DNA of 64,000 nt, taken from NCBI GenBank assembly GCA_022769625.1, contig JALEJP010000055.1, positions 4,701 to 68,700 on the forward strand, in the 5' to 3' direction. Of the stretch, positions 37,987-45,589 are shown piece by piece (the first letter of the stretch is position 1; every line of letters starts with the position of its first letter). A model generated the notes under the pieces. That model was not told where the DNA came from and did not search any database. It saw only the letters and a list, made by a program, of their open reading frames with translations. This DNA comes from Lachnospiraceae bacterium (GTDB lineage: Bacteria > Bacillota > Clostridia > Lachnospirales > Lachnospiraceae). Both the position numbers and the translations under genes were made by a program.

Positions 37987-38192
37987 AAAAAAGTACATTT
38001 TCCTCACCCGGAAAACATGACCTTGAATCAATCATGGCAGGTCTCCTGACTCAGCTTCTTCCTCCAAAGCGCCTTCCCGGCAATATCTGCCAGTGGCCTT
38101 CTGCTTTTTCGTCTGCATTACAGTAGTGGTGACTGTTCCGGTTTCTGACCGGATTCCCTTTTTACTCCACACAGTATGTGCTTCACCATGAC
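37987..38192 (-). promoter_or_regulatory. cobalamin riboswitch, promoter-proximal copy, with terminator
   Basis: Minus strand reads GGTGAAGCAC...AAAAGGGAATCCGGTCAGAAACCGGAACAGTCACCACTACTGTA. The B12 box AGTCAGGAGACCTGCC is the complement of 38036-38051. It is followed by CAUGUUUUCC gggtga GGAAAAUG + U6 (37987-38019). Confidence 0.88.
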
Positions 38193-38212
38193 GATTAATT
38201 TATATTTTTTTC

Positions 38213-38241
38213 ATTGTATTTCTTTTTGCCTTCCTTGTCAA
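38213..38241 (-). promoter_or_regulatory. promoter of the riboswitch-controlled operon (TTGACA-17-TACAAT)
   Basis: On the minus strand, TTGACA is the complement of 38236-38241 and TACAAT the complement of 38213-38218, spaced 17 nt. It lies about 20 nt upstream of the first aptamer. Confidence 0.75.
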
Positions 38242-38357
38242 CCCCTGCAGCCTGGAAATCGTCCCTTCGTGTCATGTAAAAGAAATCGATAACTGATATA
38301 CTATTGCTATAAAACTATACCCTTAAGAGCGTATGCAAGAAAAAGGAGGAGAAGGAG

Positions 38358-38675
38358 ATGAAAACATCCGTATCAAAAATCATAAGGAACATGTTCCTGC
38401 TCCTTACAATGGCGTTCCTGATACCGTCCATTGCCAAGGCAGCACTCATCACAAGCAGCGGTGGAAATGGAAAAGAAGCGACTCCGCATCAGCTGACCAT
38501 AGGTCACTGTGAAGATGACACGTTCACCTACACCGTCAGTTCTGGATGTATAAGTGCTTCCAGTTTGAGCAGTAATTCCTTCCTCGTAAAGCAAGGTGAG
38601 ACAGTTACTCTCATCATTCGAAGTGGTTCAAATCCCGGTAAAGCTGTGAAGAAAGTAGTGAAACTTAAAAATTAA
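38358..38675 (+). CDS. small secreted protein (105 aa), no recognisable family
   Basis: Strong RBS AAAAGGAGGAGAAGGAG, signal peptide ...FLIPSIAKA|A, and a strong terminator after the stop. Confidence 0.6.
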   Translation: MKTSVSKIIRNMFLLLTMAFLIPSIAKAALITSSGGNGKEATPHQLTIGHCEDDTFTYTVSSGCISASSLSSNSFLVKQGETVTLIIRSGSNPGKAVKKVVKLKN

Positions 38676-38686
38676 GAAAATCGAGC

Positions 38687-38721
38687 AAATGGGGTGTCAC
38701 ACAAATGTGACACCCCATTTT
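38687..38721. terminator. bidirectional intrinsic terminator between convergent genes
   Basis: AAAT GGGGTGTCACA caaa TGTGACACCCC ATTTTT, a perfect 11-bp stem (38691-38716) with A/T tracts on both sides. Confidence 0.9.
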
Positions 38722-38750
38722 TCTGTTCTTCTCTTCCGGCTTTCCCTGCA

Positions 38751-40694
38751 TTACAGACTTTTCATTTTAATCGTGCCTGCAGCACCACTGTTTCGGAAAA
38801 TACTCCGGTATGCTTCCATGTAATTTGCCTGCACGCTGAAAGCTGCGGTAGATTTGATTCCCTTAAATGCTTTGCTTCCAACCTTGCTCTTTGTCAGCTC
38901 CGTACTTCGGAAAATCAGTGTCTTCAGACTGCTGTCACCATAAAAGGCATATTTTCCGATGGTATTCAGCTTTTTAGAAACGGTGTTAAACTTGTATGCT
39001 GACGTACAGCCGCGGAATGCTCCCTTCTTAATGGTGGTCAGCTCCGGAGAAGAAATGTAAATTCTCCGCACGGAAGATACGTCGCGGAACGACCTCACTC
39101 CAATCATCTCGGCAGAAGGAAGGGTGATCCGGTATGACGTCCCGCCAACGGTTGTCAGACTGGTACATCCATAAAAGGCTTCTTCGTAGATCATCCGGAC
39201 TTTTTTACAGCCGCTTGCTTTTACAAGAGAGGTACATCCTTTGAAAGCATATTTTCCAATCTCTGTCACGCTGTCCGGTATGGAAATGTTTGTTATTTTC
39301 TTGTTGCCTGTCAATGCTTTTTCTGCAATGGAAGAAACCTTATAGGTAATACCGTTGATTGCGACCTGGGAGGGAATCGTCACAGATGTAATCTCATCAT
39401 CCAGAACACCGGCATACGCCACTTCCTGGCTTCTTACCGTAACCGTATATTTTCCGCCTGTTTTGCTGTCAAACAGCGTTGTGCCTGCCGTTGGAGCCAC
39501 ATACTGAACCGGAAGCAGAGCCGTATTTCTGAGATATGGATATCCGTTGTTGACGGATGCCTCCACTGCCCAGATTTCCGTGAAATCAAATCCGCTGAAA
39601 TAAGATGCCGTCTTAATCTGCACATCATTCAAAGCGATCGCTGTCCCGGTGATATAAGTTCCATCGGAAAAGGCATAGACCGGGTTCATGCTGTAATAAT
39701 AACAGCCGGACAGGGCACAGGCTGATGTCTGACTGCTTCCTGCGGCAACGCCTGCACTTCCAACCATGCCCAGAGCTTCTGAATAGTACATCTGAATACC
39801 AATACATTTACTGATACGCAGTGTCCCCACCGCTGCTGTCACTCTGCCGACCAGATTTCCTCCTCTTGTCAGCACACCGGCATTGTAACAGTTTTCTATT
39901 TTCACGTTTCGCACCGATTTTCCATCCGGAATGTCAACCGCACCAATCAATCCTCCCATTTCTGTGCCCGATACTTCTCCCACATTATAACTGGATGTAA
40001 ACAGCACATCCGCTTGCTCTTCCTGGTCGTCTTCTGCTTCAAGCATACCGATCAGACCTCCGCTGTTTGCACCGCCGTTTATTTTTGCGCTGTTTGCAAT
40101 GCCTTCAAACTGTATATCGGTTCCTTTCACCAGTCCGGCCAGTGCGCCGGTGTTTCCGGTTCCTGAAACGTTTCCGGTTATGCTTACATTCTGAATCCGG
40201 ACGGATGCCTTTTTCCCGGTTCCAATGGTGTCGGCCAGTGCACCGGTATCCCCGCTATGGCTGATTTCCACATCAACAAGGGAAAGATTACAGATGGTTC
40301 CCTCTTCCAGCACCTGAATCAATGCTGTTTTCAGTCCTTTGATCTGATGATTTCCTCCATCCAGCGTTCCGCGAAAAACCGGAATGCTTCCCTGCCATTC
40401 CGCGGAAGCCAGATCAAGATCATTCATTAATATATATTTGCCATCCGGTTTTTCTGACAGTTTGGAAAGATCGGATACCTGATAGATCCCCTGATAGCCT
40501 TCCGGCACATTCGAATCCTGCTGCACTTCTGACTCTGCTTCACTTTCTTTCTCAGATTCTGTTCCCGGATTTAAAACCTCCTGCTGTACGATTCCGGAAC
40601 CTATACTTTCTGCTGCAAACCCAACCTGTCCGGCTGTCATAGAAACTGCCAGACCTGCCACCAGGCAGGCTGCCAGATATTTTCTGTTCTTCAT
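38751..40694 (-). CDS. secreted surface protein with GLUG-motif repeats and a C-terminal BspA-type LRR region
   Basis: Signal peptide MKNRKYLAACLVAGLAVSMTAGQVGFA. Repeated G(A/G)L(A/I)G blocks (TGALADTIG, TGALAGLV, SGGLIGML, MGGLIGAV). C-terminal LRR_5 repeats (IPDSVTEIGKYAFKGCTSL...). Confidence 0.75.
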   Translation of the reverse strand: MKNRKYLAACLVAGLAVSMTAGQVGFAAESIGSGIVQQEVLNPGTESEKESEAESEVQQDSNVPEGYQGIYQVSDLSKLSEKPDGKYILMNDLDLASAEWQGSIPVFRGTLDGGNHQIKGLKTALIQVLEEGTICNLSLVDVEISHSGDTGALADTIGTGKKASVRIQNVSITGNVSGTGNTGALAGLVKGTDIQFEGIANSAKINGGANSGGLIGMLEAEDDQEEQADVLFTSSYNVGEVSGTEMGGLIGAVDIPDGKSVRNVKIENCYNAGVLTRGGNLVGRVTAAVGTLRISKCIGIQMYYSEALGMVGSAGVAAGSSQTSACALSGCYYYSMNPVYAFSDGTYITGTAIALNDVQIKTASYFSGFDFTEIWAVEASVNNGYPYLRNTALLPVQYVAPTAGTTLFDSKTGGKYTVTVRSQEVAYAGVLDDEITSVTIPSQVAINGITYKVSSIAEKALTGNKKITNISIPDSVTEIGKYAFKGCTSLVKASGCKKVRMIYEEAFYGCTSLTTVGGTSYRITLPSAEMIGVRSFRDVSSVRRIYISSPELTTIKKGAFRGCTSAYKFNTVSKKLNTIGKYAFYGDSSLKTLIFRSTELTKSKVGSKAFKGIKSTAAFSVQANYMEAYRSIFRNSGAAGTIKMKSL

Positions 40695-40993
40695 AACAAG
40701 GTACCTCCTTTTTCTTTCATTGATAACAACAGAAATTCAGCAAAGTGTATTTTGCATTGTTTCTGACGCTGCTGATTGCCAAATACTTTCTTTTCTATGT
40801 ATTATTGGATAATTGTACCAGAGAAATATGATACAAAAATGTATTCATTTTGTAATATTTCCGTAACTTTTATGATTTTCAGGAAAGCGTTCTTCTGCAT
40901 GATTTTTCTGAAAACCGTCCGTTTGTCATGCCCGCCTCCGTGCGGGCCATTTTCAATTCAAGAGAGCTCCGCAGGCGGTCTTTCCTATAAAGT

Positions 40994-41040
40994 AAAAAAG
41001 CTGACAATTTCTGCGTATGTTGCAGAAGTCATCAGCTTTT
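40994..41040 (-). terminator. intrinsic terminator downstream of the P-II remnant
   Basis: AAAAGCTGA..TTCTGC gtatgtt GCAGAA..TCAGCTTTT, a two-tier stem with an A6 run (U6 on the minus strand) at 40994-40999. Confidence 0.7.
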
Positions 41041-41084
41041 AAGCAGTTTTAGTATAGATTCTATGAGAAAATTTGAAATACCTT

Positions 41085-41354
41085 TTATTCATCCACCCCC
41101 TGCATCGCATAATATCCTTCTTCTCCAGTACGTACCTTAACCGCGTTTTCCACACGATATACGAATATTTTTCCATCTCCGATGTGTCCGGTATAAAGCA
41201 CTTTCTTTACCGCACTTATAACTTTACGCGCCGGCACTTTTGCCACCACGATATCCACCTGAATCTTAGGCAAAAGCTGCATGGTTTCTACCGGAGCCCC
41301 GCGATAGTATTCCATTCGTCCTTTCTGCATACTCTGCAGACTTTTTATGGTCAA
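41085..41354 (-). pseudogene. N-terminally truncated P-II (GlnB/GlnK-like) nitrogen regulator remnant
   Basis: ..QKGRMEYYRGAPVE..LPKIQVDIVVA...GHIGDGKIFVYRVENAVKVRTGEEG matches P-II from the T-loop onward. The first ~30 residues are absent, the only start is a TTG butted against a terminator, and there is no RBS. Confidence 0.55.
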
Positions 41355-41395
41355 AAAAAGGAACAGGGGTACTTTTTCAAAACACCCTTGTTCCT
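41353..41395 (-). terminator. strong intrinsic terminator abutting the P-II remnant
   Basis: Minus strand reads AGGAACAAGGGT gttttgaaaaagt ACCCCTGTTCCT TTTTTTT, a 12-bp stem with 1 mismatch followed by U7. Confidence 0.8.
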
Positions 41396-41598
41396 TTGAA
41401 TAGTAACAAATTACATCTATCTTCGAAAAAATTCAAGTTCTTTTTCTTCTTTATTCACTTTTTTCCATTTTCGATATCAGAATATGATTATACAGTCTTT
41501 TTTACAGCACATCTCCTATACTGAAATGCAAATAAAAATGCAATTAGAAGGCAGATTATATGAATTTGATGGACAAAGCTTATTACATTTCTATATTT

Positions 41599-42267
41599 CT
41601 ATGCACAGAAGCTCTCCGGTATGTTATCCGGATCGCCACACGTTTGTATCAGCTCCAGAGCAGCCCTGTAGAGTGCTTCTGCAAGCTTCCGATGTCCTTC
41701 CTTTCCCATGTGCTCCTGATCCGTTTCGCTTGGCTCTGCATACCTGGAAGCAGCGAGATACCCTGTTCTCCGTGCATCTGCAATCTGCCTGTAAACCTGA
41801 GGAAGATCTTTCGACACCTCTACGGATTTTCTGCAAAACTCAGGATCATACTCCATCTTCCACACAGAATCACCCAGATGAATCGGTGAGACCAACAGCA
41901 CCGGAAGCAGCGGATTACTCTCCCGGATCTGATCCAGCAACTGCTCAATCCCGCATCCAATCAGTGCCGGGGAGGCATGGTATATCGTCTTGCAGTCATT
42001 TGTCCCAAGCATCAGTATAACAAGCTCCACCGGACTGTGTGTTTCCAGAATCGCCGGAAGCATCCCGGTTCCGCGCCGTCCGCTCCGCAGCGCATCCTCA
42101 AACATGGTTGTTCTTCCGCACAGCCCTTCTTCTATCACACGATACCCATGACCTCTCATCTTTTCATCCAGAATGCTGGTCCAGCGCACGCCCCATCCAT
42201 ACCGTTCTTTCGTTCCCGGAATCAGTCCATATGTATTCGAATCACCAAAACACAAAATTTGCTTCAT
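41599..42267 (-). CDS. SGNH/GDSL hydrolase family protein
   Basis: MKQILCFGDSNTYG (block I), GTND (block III), and a DQEH-type C-terminal block. ATG at 42267 with RBS GAAGGTG. Confidence 0.8.
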   Translation of the reverse strand: MKQILCFGDSNTYGLIPGTKERYGWGVRWTSILDEKMRGHGYRVIEEGLCGRTTMFEDALRSGRRGTGMLPAILETHSPVELVILMLGTNDCKTIYHASPALIGCGIEQLLDQIRESNPLLPVLLVSPIHLGDSVWKMEYDPEFCRKSVEVSKDLPQVYRQIADARRTGYLAASRYAEPSETDQEHMGKEGHRKLAEALYRAALELIQTCGDPDNIPESFCA

Positions 42268-42331
42268 ATCATTCACCTTCTCAGAAAAGTTGTTGTTTTA
42301 TAACCTATTATTTAGATATGTTTAATATATA

Positions 42332-42862
42332 TTATGTTTTGTGTTTTGTCAATACCTCTGTATTCACCCCCTCCAGCTCAAGCAGCTGAATTTTCTTCTC
42401 TATTCCCCCCGCATACCCGGTCAGATTTCCATTCGCCCCGATAACACGATGACAGGGAATGATAATCGACATGGGATTGTGTCCTACCGCTCCGCCAACT
42501 GCCTGTGCGGACATGTGCGGCCTGTTGTGCCCTTCTGCAATTTTTTTTGCAATCTCCCCATAGGTGGTAACCTTCCCGTAAGGGATCTCACAGAGCAGTC
42601 TCCACACCTCCATCTGAAAAGCAGTTCCCGATGGAGCCAGAGGCAGATTCCCTATTTCCGGTCTCTTCCTCTCAAAATAACGATCCAGCCACTTTTTCCC
42701 CAGGTCAAAAACAGGCAGATCATCTTTCTGGTACATCTCTTCCTGAATGGAAGCAGTAAAATGCTTCTGCCCCTCTATCCAGAGTCCCACCAGATGTTCC
42801 CCATCTCCGGCCAGAGTAATGGTTCCCACCGGTGATGGATACTTGGTGCAATAATACATCAT
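42332..42862 (-). CDS. ogt: methylated-DNA--protein-cysteine methyltransferase
   Basis: Active-site motif IIPCHRVIGANG and the helix-turn-wing region YGEIAKKI. Confidence 0.88.
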   Translation of the reverse strand: MMYYCTKYPSPVGTITLAGDGEHLVGLWIEGQKHFTASIQEEMYQKDDLPVFDLGKKWLDRYFERKRPEIGNLPLAPSGTAFQMEVWRLLCEIPYGKVTTYGEIAKKIAEGHNRPHMSAQAVGGAVGHNPMSIIIPCHRVIGANGNLTGYAGGIEKKIQLLELEGVNTEVLTKHKT

Positions 42863-43555
42863 TTTCTCCTTAAAAAATCCTGTACTTCCCTCAGCCGCTT
42901 TACGCCTTCCCTGCGTCCAAGCTGATAAACACGCTCCAGCTCCTCCGGTCTTCGTTCCACCACGCCGATTTCAAGAATACTTTCCGGTCGAATGACCAGC
43001 AGGTTTCCGACAGCCTCCTGTTCTTTTATGTAGGCAAGTGTCTCATTATACTTTGTATGCCGTATTTCCAGGGCATGCAGCAGAGCGGGGCTTTTGCGCA
43101 GAGCGATCCGCATCAACGGCAGAAACCGGTTCGGCTGTTTTACAAATCCCTCCGGCTGTGTCAGAATCACCACATTTTGTTTGTACCCGATGCTCTCAAA
43201 ATAGCGAACCGGTATGGAATCTGCGGTTCCGCCGTCTGAAAGCGTATATCCCCCGATTTCCACAAACTTTGACAACACCGGCATGGCTGCCGAGGCACGC
43301 ATCCACTGAATATCCTCGCCGTCTCCTCTGTCACATCTGTGATATACCGGTTCCCCGTTTTTCACATTTGTACAGGTCACATAGAATTCCATTGGATTGG
43401 CACAGTAGGCATCTGTATCAAAAACATCCAGTTTTTCCGGCAATTCGTGGTAGCAGAATTCTTCCCCGTACACATCTCCATGCATCACAAGGGATCGAAG
43501 ACTGGCATAGCGGGGCTCCTCCCTCCAGAATCAGTCCCTTTTTTTCTTCTGTCAT
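42859..43555 (-). pseudogene. patatin-like phospholipase gene disrupted by an internal deletion and frameshift
   Basis: ATG at 43555 (RBS AAGGAG) encodes MTEEKKGLILEGGA, then the frame is lost near 43505-43520. The +1 frame continues RYASLRSLVMHGDVYGEEFCYH...LSDGGTADSIPV. The GxSxG nucleophile region (~55-70 aa in intact relatives) is missing. Confidence 0.65.
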
Positions 43556-43591
43556 CCTACGCACTCCTTTTCCCCTTCAAAGATCAGACTC

Positions 43592-44095
43592 TTATTTTTG
43601 CATTGCAAACATATCGGTAAGCAGCTGGATACCGGTCTTGGTACGAAAAATCTTTCTGTGCACACTATCCCTGGTTTGCTCCCCACTTCCGTCCTCATAA
43701 AGATTTACCAGGAAATCTGCCTCCACCAGTATCTGGTAATCCATTCCCTTTCTGTCCTGATAGGTATGATGATGCCCGATCAGATATTCCACCCGATGCA
43801 TCTGTTCCTCCGTATATCCTCCCACCTGTTCCATCAGCTTTCTGGCTTCCGCCGGCCCTTCTTTTTCCTGATACTTTCCACTGCAGGAACCATATTTCTG
43901 CTCACTGATATGAATACCGATATCATGAAGAATCGCGGCTGTCTCCAGAATAAACTGCGTCTCCTCATCAAGTCCTTCCAGTGTTCCGATGACGGCTGCA
44001 AGGTCATGCACCTTCAGAAAATGCTGAATGCGCTTTGCATCTCCCCTGTCGTAAGCCACCATTGCAGCTGTAAGCTTTGCATGCTGTCTGTTCAT
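43592..44095 (-). CDS. HD domain-containing phosphohydrolase
   Basis: 167 aa with a HD dyad (ILHDIG) and a later GHHHTY. Confidence 0.75.
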   Translation of the reverse strand: MNRQHAKLTAAMVAYDRGDAKRIQHFLKVHDLAAVIGTLEGLDEETQFILETAAILHDIGIHISEQKYGSCSGKYQEKEGPAEARKLMEQVGGYTEEQMHRVEYLIGHHHTYQDRKGMDYQILVEADFLVNLYEDGSGEQTRDSVHRKIFRTKTGIQLLTDMFAMQK

Positions 44096-44166
44096 AAGAC
44101 ACCTCCTGGTTATTACAAAAACTGTCCTCAGTTTACCACTTTTTCCATTCTTTTTCTATCCTGACC

Positions 44167-44934
44167 TTACAGCATTTTAAATACAATGAGTACTGCGCCA
44201 AGGATCACCAATACCACACCGGTTGCACGGTTTAACACCTCCGGCTTCGCTCTGTTTGCAAAACGTGCCGCAATTCTTGCCCAGAGAAGCGTAAAGGTCA
44301 CACAAAGCACCAGACACAGCAGATCCGGCATACCCCCAATGGCAAAATGGGATACCGCTCCGGTAAATGCAGTGAATGCCATGATAAACACACTGGTTCC
44401 CACTGCTGTTTTCAGCTCATATCCCAGAACGCTTGTGAGAATCAACAGCATCATCAGACCGCCGCCTGCACCTACAAATCCGCAGATAAAACCAATCATC
44501 ATGCCACAAAGCACAGACTGGACAAAACGTTTTTTCTTTGATACCATTTCCATTGCTTCCTTTGTTGTCATAACCGGCTTCAGAATAAATTTAATTCCCA
44601 GCAGAAGTGTCATGAACATGGAAAATCCGCCCATTGTGGTGCTTGGCAGAAGACTGGCCACATAGCTTCCAACCAGAGTAAACAGCAACACAGTGATCAT
44701 CATCACAATACCATTTGCCACATCCAGATTTTTATTCTTCCCGTAAGTATAGGCTGAGACCGCACTGGCAAGCACATCACTTGCAAGGGCAATTCCCACC
44801 GCCTGGTAAGGATCCATATTTAAAAATGTAATCAGCATGGGACTGATCACAGCAGCCGCACTCATACCGGCAAACCCGGTACCGATTCCCGCTCCCATAC
44901 CGGCAAAAAAGCATACAAATATCGTTAAAATCAT
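44167..44934 (-). CDS. TauE/SafE (TSUP) family anion exporter
   Basis: 255 aa with ~8 TM helices and glycine-rich G.G.G..G motifs in both halves. Its ATG overlaps the marR stop. Confidence 0.78.
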   Translation of the reverse strand: MILTIFVCFFAGMGAGIGTGFAGMSAAAVISPMLITFLNMDPYQAVGIALASDVLASAVSAYTYGKNKNLDVANGIVMMITVLLFTLVGSYVASLLPSTTMGGFSMFMTLLLGIKFILKPVMTTKEAMEMVSKKKRFVQSVLCGMMIGFICGFVGAGGGLMMLLILTSVLGYELKTAVGTSVFIMAFTAFTGAVSHFAIGGMPDLLCLVLCVTFTLLWARIAARFANRAKPEVLNRATGVVLVILGAVLIVFKML

Positions 44935-45404
44935 AATTCAGGATCCTCCTTCTCTTCTTTCTTTTTTCGGTAACTTTTCATGTTCTCCATCATCTGTTGC
45001 ATGACTTCCTCCGCAGTCTCCAGTTTTTCCGCCTCAATACCGAAAGAGAGAAGCTCTGTAAATTCCCTCTGGCATCTCCTCCCATCCTCCACGATCGGTT
45101 CCGCCTCCGGCAGCAGTGCAAGATGGGTTACTCTTCGGTTATTCCGGTCATGGTTCCGGGAGAGCATTCCTTTCTGAACAAGCTGCTCAATGGATGCAGA
45201 GACATGGGATTTCGTCAGCTGACGTACCCGGACGATTTCGGAAGCAGTATCATACTCCGGGTTGTTTGCAAGAAACAGCAAAATATCCATCTCCATCTGG
45301 GTCAGCTGATACCTTCGCAAAACCTCAGAAAACAGATCCTGATACACACGAAATCCTTTATGCCGCATGGACAGTATATCAAAACACAGTTTCTTTCCCG
45401 CCAT
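44931..45404 (-). CDS. MarR family transcriptional regulator
   Basis: 157 aa with a winged helix (LTQMEMDILLFLANNPEYDTASEIVRVRQLTKSHVSASIEQLVQKGML..D.NNRR). Confidence 0.85.
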   Translation of the reverse strand: MAGKKLCFDILSMRHKGFRVYQDLFSEVLRRYQLTQMEMDILLFLANNPEYDTASEIVRVRQLTKSHVSASIEQLVQKGMLSRNHDRNNRRVTHLALLPEAEPIVEDGRRCQREFTELLSFGIEAEKLETAEEVMQQMMENMKSYRKKKEEKEDPEL

Positions 45405-45508
45405 AAAAATCCTCCTTCCGTATATAGTTCTATTTTAAACTGTTCTGTTTTGAACATTTAACAAGATAACACAGACCACGAAAAATGTAAAGCCCGATAC
45501 AGAAGAAA

Positions 45509-45549
45509 GATCCGGCCCTGACACGTTTGTAACATGCCCGGGCCGGATC
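45509..45549 (-). terminator. intrinsic terminator after the permease-ADH fusion gene
   Basis: Minus strand reads GATCCGGCCC (21-nt loop) GGGCCGGATC TTTCTTCTG, a 10-bp GC-rich stem. Confidence 0.65.
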
Positions 45550-45589
45550 GATCGAGAAGAAATCGATAAATGATAAACTCCAACTGATT

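Noticed and set aside
37734-38192. Two ~200-nt direct repeats in a non-coding gap. At first sight they looked like IS ends, a MITE pair or a degenerate CRISPR-like repeat.
   Set aside because: Read on the minus strand, each repeat carries the cobalamin riboswitch core and a perfect B12 box followed by a terminator. No transposase, target-site duplication or short spacer periodicity is present. They are reported as tandem riboswitches instead.
40776-41042. An 88-aa plus-strand ORF between the GLUG protein gene and the P-II remnant.
   Set aside because: It has no RBS and an AT-rich start, and it ends inside a terminator hairpin. It has no recognisable family and is probably non-coding.
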